DNA of 57,813 bases, counting the filler, from an uncultured Acidimicrobiales bacterium (GTDB lineage: Bacteria; Actinomycetota; Acidimicrobiia; Acidimicrobiales; UBA10347): assembly GCA_943788915.1 (NCBI GenBank). It is 4 parts of 3 records of this genome, joined end to end, with 100 filler letters (N's around TTAATTAATTAA, not from the genome) between each part and the next. Parts side by side here need not be neighbours in the genome. Positions count along the whole stretch, not along the records: positions 1 to 11,547 come from CALSSD010000002.1; positions 11,648 to 12,858 come from CALSSD010000002.1; positions 12,959 to 40,869 come from CALSSD010000011.1; 1 more part is not named here. One strand, given 5' to 3'. The notes under the pieces were generated by a model. It did no database searches and was not told the origin of the DNA. It worked only from the letters and a program-made list of their open reading frames with translations. This document shows positions 11,066 through 19,239 of the stretch, piece by piece. The position numbers and the translations under genes were made by a program. Positions within the stretch are counted from its first letter, which is position 1. Each line of letters begins with the position of its first letter.

Positions 11066-11515
11066 CTAATCCCCAGATTCGCCAGGAGGGTCGTCGTCCA
11101 GGGCTGCTTCGCTCTTTTTGAGTTCGGCCTGCCAGTCGAGGAGTCGACGTTCCTTGACAGCATCGGACTCGGACGCCTCTGGGGCAAGGGGCTTGGGGGC
11201 CTTGATCTGTTTGCTCAGCTGCTGCCATTCGACAGAGTCTTCGAAACCTCGGCTCCGAGGCCGCTGTGCGTAGTCCGCCGTGCGGTAGTTGCCGCCCACG
11301 CTCAACCCTGCACCCCCGGGACGCCCAAGCAACAACCACGCAAGTGCCCCGGCCGTTGGTATCAGGATCACAACGAACAGCCAGGTGATCTTGGGGAGGT
11401 TACGCACCTTGATCGAGTCGGTAGCGATGCAATCAAGGATCGACCAAAACCACAGGCCGAAGAACAGCAGCCCGCCAATACCGATGGGAACAATCACGCC
11501 AACCACGTGGGCCAT
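11066..11515 (-). CDS. PLDc N-terminal-domain membrane protein
   Basis: Two TM helices: LWFWSILDCI..VRNLPKITWLFVVILIP.AGALAWLLLGRP, then RGFEDSVEW. Confidence 0.75.
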   Translation of the reverse strand: MAHVVGVIVPIGIGGLLFFGLWFWSILDCIATDSIKVRNLPKITWLFVVILIPTAGALAWLLLGRPGGAGLSVGGNYRTADYAQRPRSRGFEDSVEWQQLSKQIKAPKPLAPEASESDAVKERRLLDWQAELKKSEAALDDDPPGESGD

Positions 11516-11547
11516 CAGAACACATGGGGACTGCTCGACAAGCAATC

Positions 11548-11647
11548 NNNNNNNNNNNNNNNNNNNNNNNNNNNNNNNNNNNNNNNNNNNNTTAATTAAT
11601 TAANNNNNNNNNNNNNNNNNNNNNNNNNNNNNNNNNNNNNNNNNNNN
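11548..11647. other. Artificial contig linker (N-TTAATTAATTAA-N)
   Basis: N runs flanking a 12-mer with stops in all six frames; the same 100-nt unit occurs three times. Confidence 0.97.
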
Positions 11648-11648
11648 G

Positions 11649-12770
11649 CTCCAGCAGATGCCCGAAGGTTTCACTCTCCATCCCAAACTGGCTCGCCAGT
11701 TTGAGCGACGCGACAAGTTGTTTGCATCGGGCATGGTCGACTGGGCGATTGCCGAAGCCATGGCCATGGGCTCAATACTGGCCGAGGGGACCGAGGTTCG
11801 CCTGACCGGTCAGGACAGCCGCCGGGGCACCTTCTCGCACCGCCATTCCACGTTGGTCGACTACAACACCGGCGCTGAACACCGTCCACTCGACGACGTT
11901 CGTATGGTCAACGCTCGGTTCTCGGTCTACGACTCGATGCTCAGTGAATACGCAGCACTCGGGTTCGAATACGGGTACTCCGTCGCCCACCCCGACGCAC
12001 TCGTCATATGGGAAGCCCAGTTCGGCGACTTCGTGAATGGCGCCCAGATCGTTATCGACCAATTCATCGTGAGTGGCGAAGACAAGTGGAAACAACACAG
12101 TGGCCTGGTCATGCTCTTGCCTCACGGTTTCGAAGGCCAGGGCCCTGAGCACTCTTCAGCTCGTATGGAGCGGGTGTTGCTCGCCTGCGCCGAAGACAAT
12201 GTGCAGGTAGCCAACGCCAGCACCGCTGCGCAATATTTCCATTTGTTGCGTCGCCAGATGCATCGCACCGTGCGTAAACCGCTCTTCATCTTTACGCCAA
12301 AGTCGCTGCTGCGAGCCAAGCCTGCGCACTCGCGCATAGACGAACTCACCACCGGCACGTTCGAAGAGCTACTCGATGACCCCTTTGTCGACGAAACATC
12401 CGCCAAGGCCGTCACCAAGGTGGTCTTGTGCTCAGGCAAGATCAGCCACGACATGATCGAGCTCCGCGACGAGGCCCAGGCACCCATCGCCGTCATACGC
12501 GCCGAGCAGCTCTATCCATGGCCATCCGACGCACTGTCTGAACTCCTACGCCGGTACCCAAATGCCTACGACATCATCTGGCTGCAGGAAGAACCCGAGA
12601 ATATGGGCGCATGGAACTTTGTGAAGGGACGCCTGTATGAACGTCACGGCGATGACTACCGCATAACTCGTATGAGCCGCCCTGAATCCGGTTCGCCGGC
12701 CACGGGCAGCAACATGATCCATCAACAAGAACAAGCCGAGCTGCTCCAGCGGGTTATTGACTTCTCGTAG
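11649..12770 (+). CDS. sucA: 2-oxoglutarate dehydrogenase E1 / Kgd, C-terminal part (5'-truncated at linker)
   Basis: GQDSRRGTFSHRH, LSEYAALGFEYG, WEAQFGDFVNGAQ, LLPHGFEGQGPEHSS and QEEPENMG motifs. Confidence 0.93.
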   Translation, partial: LQQMPEGFTLHPKLARQFERRDKLFASGMVDWAIAEAMAMGSILAEGTEVRLTGQDSRRGTFSHRHSTLVDYNTGAEHRPLDDVRMVNARFSVYDSMLSEYAALGFEYGYSVAHPDALVIWEAQFGDFVNGAQIVIDQFIVSGEDKWKQHSGLVMLLPHGFEGQGPEHSSARMERVLLACAEDNVQVANASTAAQYFHLLRRQMHRTVRKPLFIFTPKSLLRAKPAHSRIDELTTGTFEELLDDPFVDETSAKAVTKVVLCSGKISHDMIELRDEAQAPIAVIRAEQLYPWPSDALSELLRRYPNAYDIIWLQEEPENMGAWNFVKGRLYERHGDDYRITRMSRPESGSPATGSNMIHQQEQAELLQRVIDFS

Positions 12771-12858
12771 TCCGGCTTTCAGCTCGTCCCTCGCCGAAAC
12801 CCTGCGTGAGCTAAAGCCTCGACGGTCCGCGCACGCTCAGCGTTATCGGTAGTCCGGC

Positions 12859-12958
12859 NNNNNNNNNNNNNNNNNNNNNNNNNNNNNNNNNNNNNNNNNN
12901 NNTTAATTAATTAANNNNNNNNNNNNNNNNNNNNNNNNNNNNNNNNNNNNNNNNNNNN
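12859..12958. other. Artificial contig linker
   Basis: Same N-TTAATTAATTAA-N unit. Confidence 0.97.
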
Positions 12959-13235
12959 CTTGCCGAATCTGGAACGACCTAGTTTGAACCACTCGTCCAC
13001 CGGTCACAACTCTTTGAATCGCTCAGCGAGCACCTTCTGCCTCGTATCGCCCACAATCGGCCTCGAGTGCGAATAACACTGAATCCCTCAGCGTCAATGG
13101 CACCGAACGTCCCGTATTCAAAGTCCATGTCAACGAAGAAGCTCTCGCAGAGAGATGCTCCAGTGAGGCCAACCGAGCCCGCATCAACGTCGCGGTGGCA
13201 CCCTTGGTGAAAGATGGCTACCGGTTCGTTCGTTT

Positions 13236-13940
13236 TCAGACAAACCACATTTGTCGGGCAACAAGTAAGGCGATCACGATGCAAAACGCGATGACTTCTT
13301 TGACTAGCAGACCCCATTCGACGCGTTGATCAGCGGCCACCTCTTCCTCGTGGGCCTCTCGTGCGGTCCGTCCATCGGCGAGTCTGATGTCAAAGTCAGA
13401 CGTCATGGCATCGAGCTTGCGACGCAGCTCAGGCTCGTTGTAGCTAAGGCTGGCTGACAGCACGTCTAGGTCTCGGTCACGCAGGACAAGCCCGCTGCCC
13501 GGCTGTTGACCACGCAGCTTGTAGACCAATGAGACGTAGCCCTGCAGCACATCTTCGACATGTATCGAGTTGAAACTCATTGCCGTGTCGCCGACCTTGA
13601 GCTCCTGCCGGTCAAGATCCAAAATCAATTCAGACCGCAGAGGTACGACTGGTCCGGCATCGACTTCGTAGAGACCTGCAAGCTGCCCAATGAGTCCGCC
13701 GTCGAGTGTGAGCTCGCCTCGCTCGGCTTTCTCGAGATAGTTCTGCGTGAACAAGCCATTGGACCGCGCGGCCATATCGGCTATTTCCTGACCCTGTGCA
13801 GAACGGCACTCGACCATAAGTGCGCCGAAACGAGCCGGTGGCACGAGCGATTCGACGCGTTGAACAGCGGCCACCTCTTCCTCGTGGGCCTCTCGTGCGG
13901 TCCGTCCATCGGCGAGGCTACTGTCAAAGTCAGACGTCAT
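13236..13940 (-). CDS. Composite hypothetical protein: duplicated N-terminus of a small membrane protein flanking an XRE-HTH-like segment; C-terminal TM helix
   Basis: ATG 13940 overlaps the GT2 stop (ATGA). MTSDFD..ADGRTAREAHEEEVAA.QRVE occurs twice; hydrophobic tail WGLLVKEVIAFCIVIALLVA. Confidence 0.6.
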   Translation of the reverse strand: MTSDFDSSLADGRTAREAHEEEVAAVQRVESLVPPARFGALMVECRSAQGQEIADMAARSNGLFTQNYLEKAERGELTLDGGLIGQLAGLYEVDAGPVVPLRSELILDLDRQELKVGDTAMSFNSIHVEDVLQGYVSLVYKLRGQQPGSGLVLRDRDLDVLSASLSYNEPELRRKLDAMTSDFDIRLADGRTAREAHEEEVAADQRVEWGLLVKEVIAFCIVIALLVARQMWFV

Positions 13941-13949
13941 GGCATCGAG
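13316..13949. repeat. 100-bp direct repeat pair (13316-13415 and 13850-13949)
   Basis: attcgacgcgttga...cgtcatggcatcgag in both copies with a few mismatches; period 534 bp, frame-preserving. Confidence 0.92.
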
Positions 13950-15451
13950 ACCTGACCAGTCTTCTCGGTTTTGTCCCATGACATCTCAGCGCCTCGTGCT
14001 TCCTTGATGTACGAGGTAAACGTGACGGCGCACAGCAACGGCCCATACCCACAGATATAGACAAGAATTGGGCTGAGCCACTTCAGGCGTCGGCGAGATT
14101 CGGTCAACTTTGCCGCCCAGGCGCCAAGCATAGATCCGGCCAGCCAGACGTAGGCGAACAGGATCACCAATCGTAGAACCGGGCCTGTAGTCGGAATGTG
14201 GATCAGCTCCATCGTCCCGAGCATGGCCCAGCTGAACGGCTTCGGGAACCAGGCATAGACAATCATCGCAAGCGAGATCAGACCGGGAAAGCCCACAGCC
14301 TCACGCCAAGTTCTTCGTCCGGTATCGGGGTCGATCATCAGCGTGTAAGTGGTAATAAAGAGGTAACAAATAGCGTTCACGATCCAAAGCAACTTGAACG
14401 CCGCCCAAGAGAGCGGGAAATCGATGAAGAACAGGGCGGTGAGGCTGGCCGAGGCGAGGATCATGAAGATCGGCATCAGAAACAAACAGAACCAAGAAAG
14501 ACCAAAGCTGAAACTACCAAGCCGGTGCCCAGGGTTCGGGCGAAACCACAGCTTCTTGTAGCGAAACGAGACCTGCACGTTGCCTCGCGCCCACCGCAAT
14601 CGCTGCTTCCAGAGGCCGTCGATGTCGGCCGGTTCTTCGGCCCAGACTGTGGCGTTACCGTCGAACACAACCTTGTTGCCCGCAAGCTGCGTCTTGAATG
14701 TGGTGAAGGTGTCCTCAGCGAGTGAACTCGTATCAATTTGACCCCCGATCTTTTCGAGGTTGGCGCGGGTGTGTAGCTGGGCGCCGCCGGCGAGACAGGC
14801 CATCGCTCCGAGTACGTTCTGGCTTCGACGAACCGCCGCTTGGGCAGTGATGTACTCGTAGGCAATAAATCGCTTCATCCAGTTCGCCGGCCTGCTTCCT
14901 TCCTTGATGTACGCTGTGACCGCTCCAACCTCAGGGTCAGCGAAGTGCCTGGTCATCTTTCGCAACGAGTCGGGTTCATAGATGACGTCTGCGTCCATGA
15001 TGAGAAGCGCCTGCATCCAATCGTTGGCAAGGATCTGCTTCAGCCCGTGGTTGAGTGTGTGGGCCTTTCCCTCACCTCCCTTCTTCCGCCTTAGGTGCAC
15101 GACCTGGCCGGGGTTCTCCTGGCCCTTGGCGATGACGACATCCGGCGTCTGGTCAGTGCTGGCATCGTCGACGACATAAATACGAAGCCGATCCGCAGGG
15201 TAATCGAGCAGCAGGAGACGATCGATCGAGCTGCCGATGACAGCTGCTTCGTTCCACGCAGGGACCAAAATCGCAACGCGCGGAAACCGAGGCTCAACCT
15301 TGCCATAGTGGTTGCGCACCGCGTGCAAGCCAATAATAGCGAACTGATACGACGCCGTGGCAAGAGGAAATACACCCAGCATTACCAAGACCACCAAGGT
15401 CCAGCGACCGACCATGTCGGCCAGAACGACAGCTTCTCGTAGCATCGACAT
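13937..15451 (-). CDS. Processive family-2 glycosyltransferase (PgaC/IcaA/cellulose-synthase-like)
   Basis: LVPAWNE, VVDDAST, GKAHTLN, IMDAD, LAEDT and KQRLRW (D,D,D,QxxRW); N- and C-terminal TM helices. Confidence 0.9.
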   Translation of the reverse strand: MSMLREAVVLADMVGRWTLVVLVMLGVFPLATASYQFAIIGLHAVRNHYGKVEPRFPRVAILVPAWNEAAVIGSSIDRLLLLDYPADRLRIYVVDDASTDQTPDVVIAKGQENPGQVVHLRRKKGGEGKAHTLNHGLKQILANDWMQALLIMDADVIYEPDSLRKMTRHFADPEVGAVTAYIKEGSRPANWMKRFIAYEYITAQAAVRRSQNVLGAMACLAGGAQLHTRANLEKIGGQIDTSSLAEDTFTTFKTQLAGNKVVFDGNATVWAEEPADIDGLWKQRLRWARGNVQVSFRYKKLWFRPNPGHRLGSFSFGLSWFCLFLMPIFMILASASLTALFFIDFPLSWAAFKLLWIVNAICYLFITTYTLMIDPDTGRRTWREAVGFPGLISLAMIVYAWFPKPFSWAMLGTMELIHIPTTGPVLRLVILFAYVWLAGSMLGAWAAKLTESRRRLKWLSPILVYICGYGPLLCAVTFTSYIKEARGAEMSWDKTEKTGQVSMP

Positions 15452-16161
15452 CAGACGAGGGCGAGACTCCCGGCGACGTCCGCTACATGGCAGTAGCGCC
15501 CGATCGTATCGGCACGGTGACTATCGGTCGAAGCCACAAGCTCTACTCCAGCAGCCCGGAGCAACTTCGCAGTGTGGGCTGAAGGGCAAGCCCACCGCTC
15601 GGAAATCTCGACGCGTCCGCCTGCGTTTGCCAGCCGGCGACCAAGCGCTGTGATCTGATTTTCTGAGACCATGAGCTCGGTGAGTCCACACTTAGGCAGG
15701 ACCGAAAACAGGTGGGCAATCAACACGTTGTCATACCGTTCAGCGGCAGCTGCTGTCGCCTCGAGAATGTTCTCAATCACGTCTGCCGGCTTCAACTGTT
15801 TGTCGGAGATCATCCGAGCGACGGACGCAGGCACATAGGTCTGTGACCCGATGGGTACTTGATGATCCGCAGCCACGATGGAATCGATCTCTCGCAGCGA
15901 ACCAGGCAGATCGAGTCGACCGGTGGTATCGAGCAACTTGGCCTCAACCCCACAGGTAACATGGATTGGTGACCGAAGGTTGAGGCGCCTCACGGTAGAA
16001 CTGAACTCAGGGAGCCATGTTGTATCAGCGCGCACATGGTCCACCAGTCCGATCATTTTGAGACCGCGTCCCAAAGCAACCGCCACGTTGGTCGCCGGAT
16101 GATCTCGTCCATCGGAAAAGTTCGAGTGCACGTGTGCATCTACCGTGAGATCGATGCTCAT
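15451..16161 (-). CDS. PHP-domain phosphoesterase
   Basis: DAHVHSNFSDG, LVDH, GVEAK, AADH, IAH and STDSH metal ligands. Confidence 0.88.
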   Translation of the reverse strand: MSIDLTVDAHVHSNFSDGRDHPATNVAVALGRGLKMIGLVDHVRADTTWLPEFSSTVRRLNLRSPIHVTCGVEAKLLDTTGRLDLPGSLREIDSIVAADHQVPIGSQTYVPASVARMISDKQLKPADVIENILEATAAAAERYDNVLIAHLFSVLPKCGLTELMVSENQITALGRRLANAGGRVEISERWACPSAHTAKLLRAAGVELVASTDSHRADTIGRYCHVADVAGSLALV

Positions 16162-17165
16162 GCCACCCGTCCTTCAACAGCAGCGCTCATCTCTGCGATT
16201 GCATCAGCGTGGATGATCACATCCTCCCAGTGACGAACAATGCCGATCTCGTCGAAGCTAACTAGGCGATCGACCGAGTAGCCCAGTGATTCACTGAGCG
16301 CCAGTTTCGGGATGTCGAATCCGGCAGCAATCGTCAGTGGAAGCGAGCCGGGGAAGCGGGGGTTGACCTCCAAGAGCGCAAGGTGCCCGTCGCGGTCCCG
16401 GCGGCACTGCACATTGGCTGGACCGGTTAGGCCAACGGTGGTCACAGTGTCCAGCGCAAGTTGTATCGCTTCGTCGTCTCGCACCGTCCTACCTGCGACC
16501 GAGACCCCCGAGTCGACTTTCAAGCGCGTCCGAGGCACTGCACCGATCGGCTCGCCCGAGCAGTCAACGTATACGTCGACCGACAGCTCTTCGCCCGGTA
16601 AATACTCCTGGAGGATGAATGAGCCATCCCGAGGTACCCGGCTGAGATCTTCGGGTCCATCGAGGAGCTGCACGCCACGGGACCCGCTTCCCTGCCTCGG
16701 TTTAGCAATAGCCGGCCACGACGGAAATTCCAACGGATCGAACTCGACGTCGATCAAATAGGTGACCGGACAGCGAACCGTTAACTCGACCGTGCAGGCC
16801 AGGAGCCATTTGTCGAGACATGTCAAAAGTGCAGGCTTCGAGGCGACAATAACCTCGACACCCAGTTCTTTAAAACGCTCCCGACCATCTGCAAACGGTA
16901 GGAGCTCAGTATCCACCGTCGGGACAACAACATCGATCTGCCAGCGTCGACAGAGATCGATTATTCGATCAACGAAATCGAAATCTTCGCCCCGGGGAAC
17001 AAGCGCGCGTCTCCCACTTCCAACGAGGTAGAGCCCAACCGCGCACGGGTCGATATCGATCGCGAACACGTAGGCCTCGGCGTTGAGGGAGCGGATGACG
17101 GAGACGCCGGCTGGGCCGCCTGCGCCCGTCACGAGTACTCGGGGGTTATGAAGATGAGAGGACAT
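16158..17165 (-). CDS. ATP-grasp ligase
   Basis: VLVTGAGG N-domain, LDKW, AKPRQGSGSRGV, LQEYLPGEE and LLEVNPRF motifs. Confidence 0.9.
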   Translation of the reverse strand: MSSHLHNPRVLVTGAGGPAGVSVIRSLNAEAYVFAIDIDPCAVGLYLVGSGRRALVPRGEDFDFVDRIIDLCRRWQIDVVVPTVDTELLPFADGRERFKELGVEVIVASKPALLTCLDKWLLACTVELTVRCPVTYLIDVEFDPLEFPSWPAIAKPRQGSGSRGVQLLDGPEDLSRVPRDGSFILQEYLPGEELSVDVYVDCSGEPIGAVPRTRLKVDSGVSVAGRTVRDDEAIQLALDTVTTVGLTGPANVQCRRDRDGHLALLEVNPRFPGSLPLTIAAGFDIPKLALSESLGYSVDRLVSFDEIGIVRHWEDVIIHADAIAEMSAAVEGRVA

Positions 17166-18225
17166 AGCCGTCGACCTCCCTTAAATCAATGGTTCGTTGG
17201 GTTGATTCTGAATTGGACCGTGTCAAGACTTGCTGTCGAACGATTTCTAACGGTTCAGCGTGATTGGATTCGACAAATCGTCCCCAGTAGCGAGCGGTTG
17301 CCCGCAGCAGGTCGTCGGCCAAATAGGAGCACTTCGTTGTCTGGCTCCGATAGGCCGCTATCGCCGCTAGCTTGCGATCGATTGTCGCATCGACCGGTAC
17401 GAAACGGCGCGGCGCAAAGTCCACGGTTGCTGAGGGAGATTGGTAGCTAAATACCTGAGGCATGGCTCGGCAGGCAACCAACGAGGCTTGATGAACAGCC
17501 CGGTGGTCCTGATGTACGTCGTGCAAACTGTGTGTGTAAACGATCATCGGGGCCAAGCCACGGACAACGTCCTCGATGAGATCGACCGTCGGTCCGTTCG
17601 TCCAGATGCGCGTGTCGGGTAAGTCGCCGAGAATGAGTGCGGCACCTAAGAGCTCGGCTGCTCGTTCGGCTTCTTCGATGCGATCAGACACCGCACCGCC
17701 GCTCTCGCCCCGGCTCAAGGTAAGAATCGTGACATGATCACCGCGGTCGACATGATCGATGAGCGTTGCACCAACACCGATCTCGACGTCGTCGGGATGA
17801 GCACCGATCGCCAGCACCCGATCTCGTGCCGCCCGGCACTTCGCTACGACCTTCGATACTGTGTCGATCAGGACTTTTGCGTTCAACGGCTTCAGTAGAT
17901 AGTCGTCGGCCCCGTTGCGTAACGCAAAGGTGGCATCTTCGAGGGTTGCAAAGGCGGTCATCAGCACCACCGGAAGCTGTGGATCGTACCGGCGAGCTCG
18001 CTGGAGAAGATCAAGGCCGGTCATTCCCGGTAGCCGGACATCGGATAACAAGAGGGAACAGGGCAAGCGTTTGAGTGCTTCTAGTGCCTCATCGGGACGA
18101 CTAAAGCTCACGACCTCAAATCCGGGTCGATCGAGGGCTCGTTGCACAAATCGGGCTGCGTCAGGATCATCTTCGACGATGATGATGGTCGCGGAATCAT
18201 TGGGCGCTGCGGTGTAAGTAGTCAT
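17146..18225 (-). CDS. Receiver domain fused to PIG-L/LmbE-family deacetylase
   Basis: Receiver: VEDD, SDVRLPGMTG, LMTA, YLLKP. PIG-L: IGAHPDDVE and DVHQDH. Confidence 0.9.
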   Translation of the reverse strand: MTTYTAAPNDSATIIIVEDDPDAARFVQRALDRPGFEVVSFSRPDEALEALKRLPCSLLLSDVRLPGMTGLDLLQRARRYDPQLPVVLMTAFATLEDATFALRNGADDYLLKPLNAKVLIDTVSKVVAKCRAARDRVLAIGAHPDDVEIGVGATLIDHVDRGDHVTILTLSRGESGGAVSDRIEEAERAAELLGAALILGDLPDTRIWTNGPTVDLIEDVVRGLAPMIVYTHSLHDVHQDHRAVHQASLVACRAMPQVFSYQSPSATVDFAPRRFVPVDATIDRKLAAIAAYRSQTTKCSYLADDLLRATARYWGRFVESNHAEPLEIVRQQVLTRSNSESTQRTIDLREVDGYVLSSS

Positions 18226-18515
18226 TGGCCGGCGACGGTCTTGACCAGGCCACTACGGTCGTTCTCGACGTCACCGGCTCCGCACGAATCGGGGCAAAGG
18301 TCGGCCCCGACATCTCGGAAGCAGGTGATCAGGCTTCTTAAGGTGACGAAGTTGATGCTGGCTGATTCACAACCCTGGTAATCCATTCTTTCGAGACACG
18401 CGATCACCATTTTTCGCGCCGAAGCCCGTCCGGCGTAGATTTGACTGGGTCACATCTGCTATTTTTTGTGAGGCCTTTCATACCTCAAAGCATATGGATG
18501 TGGGTGAGGGACCTC

Positions 18516-18536
18516 GGTTGCAACTTGGTTGCAGCT
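18516..18536. promoter_or_regulatory. Candidate OmpR/PhoB-type tandem binding site
   Basis: ggttgcaact-t-ggttgcagct, two 10-mers with an 11-bp period in the intergenic region upstream of the PIG-L/GT2 operon. Confidence 0.3.
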
Positions 18537-18549
18537 AAGCCAGTCGGAT

Positions 18550-19239
18550 TCACCCGGGCTGGGAGTAGCGGTACCCAACACCTCGCACGGCATCGATCGG
18601 AGATACGCCGGCGCTTGCGAAGGCCATCTTACGACGAAGCCGATGAATCACGTACTTGACTCGGTCCGGACCGATTCCAGTCGGATCACTCCAGGCCAGG
18701 TCGAGAAGCTGGACCGGTGTTAGTACCTGAGGCTGGGATTTGATGAGCGCGTGAAGCACCCGAAACTCAATCGGTGTGAGCTGAACGTCGTGCCCGTCGA
18801 CGACAACTTTATGGCTCGCTGGATCGACGATGAGTAAGCCATCCTCGTATACCTCGGCCGGTTCCTCTGACCAGACTCGTCGCAGCAGCGCCTGGACACG
18901 TGCCACGAGCTCTTGGTTCCCGAAGGGCTTGGTCATGTAGTCGTCGGCGCCAGACTGCAAGCCTCTCACTTTTTCGGCCTCACGGTGCCGAGCGGTGAGC
19001 ATCATGACCGGAACATCGCTGACATCTCGTATCCGCTGCAGCACTTCCCAACCGTCTATATCAGGCAATCCAATGTCGACAATCACACAATCGGGGGTGC
19101 TTGCGTTAAGCAGTCGAAGACCCGAACGACCATCGACTGCCTCCAGGACTTGGAGCCCAGCTCGTTTGAGTAAAATGGATAGCGCCCACCTGACATCAGG
19201 TTCATCCTCGATCATGAGCACGGTTCTGGTGTCGTTCAC
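18550..19239 (-). CDS. OmpR-family response regulator
   Basis: IEDE, VDIGLPDIDG, MLTA, GADDYMTKPF; winged helix LTPIEF..HRLRRK..VRGVGY. Confidence 0.93.
   Translation of the reverse strand: MNDTRTVLMIEDEPDVRWALSILLKRAGLQVLEAVDGRSGLRLLNASTPDCVIVDIGLPDIDGWEVLQRIRDVSDVPVMMLTARHREAEKVRGLQSGADDYMTKPFGNQELVARVQALLRRVWSEEPAEVYEDGLLIVDPASHKVVVDGHDVQLTPIEFRVLHALIKSQPQVLTPVQLLDLAWSDPTGIGPDRVKYVIHRLRRKMAFASAGVSPIDAVRGVGYRYSQPG

Noticed and set aside
11548..11647. TTAATTAATTAA palindrome within N runs (also at 12859-12958 and 40870-40969)
   Set aside because: Artificial six-frame-stop contig linker, not biological.
12959..13235. Possible coding fragment next to the linker
   Set aside because: No start, RBS or motif support; cannot be assigned.
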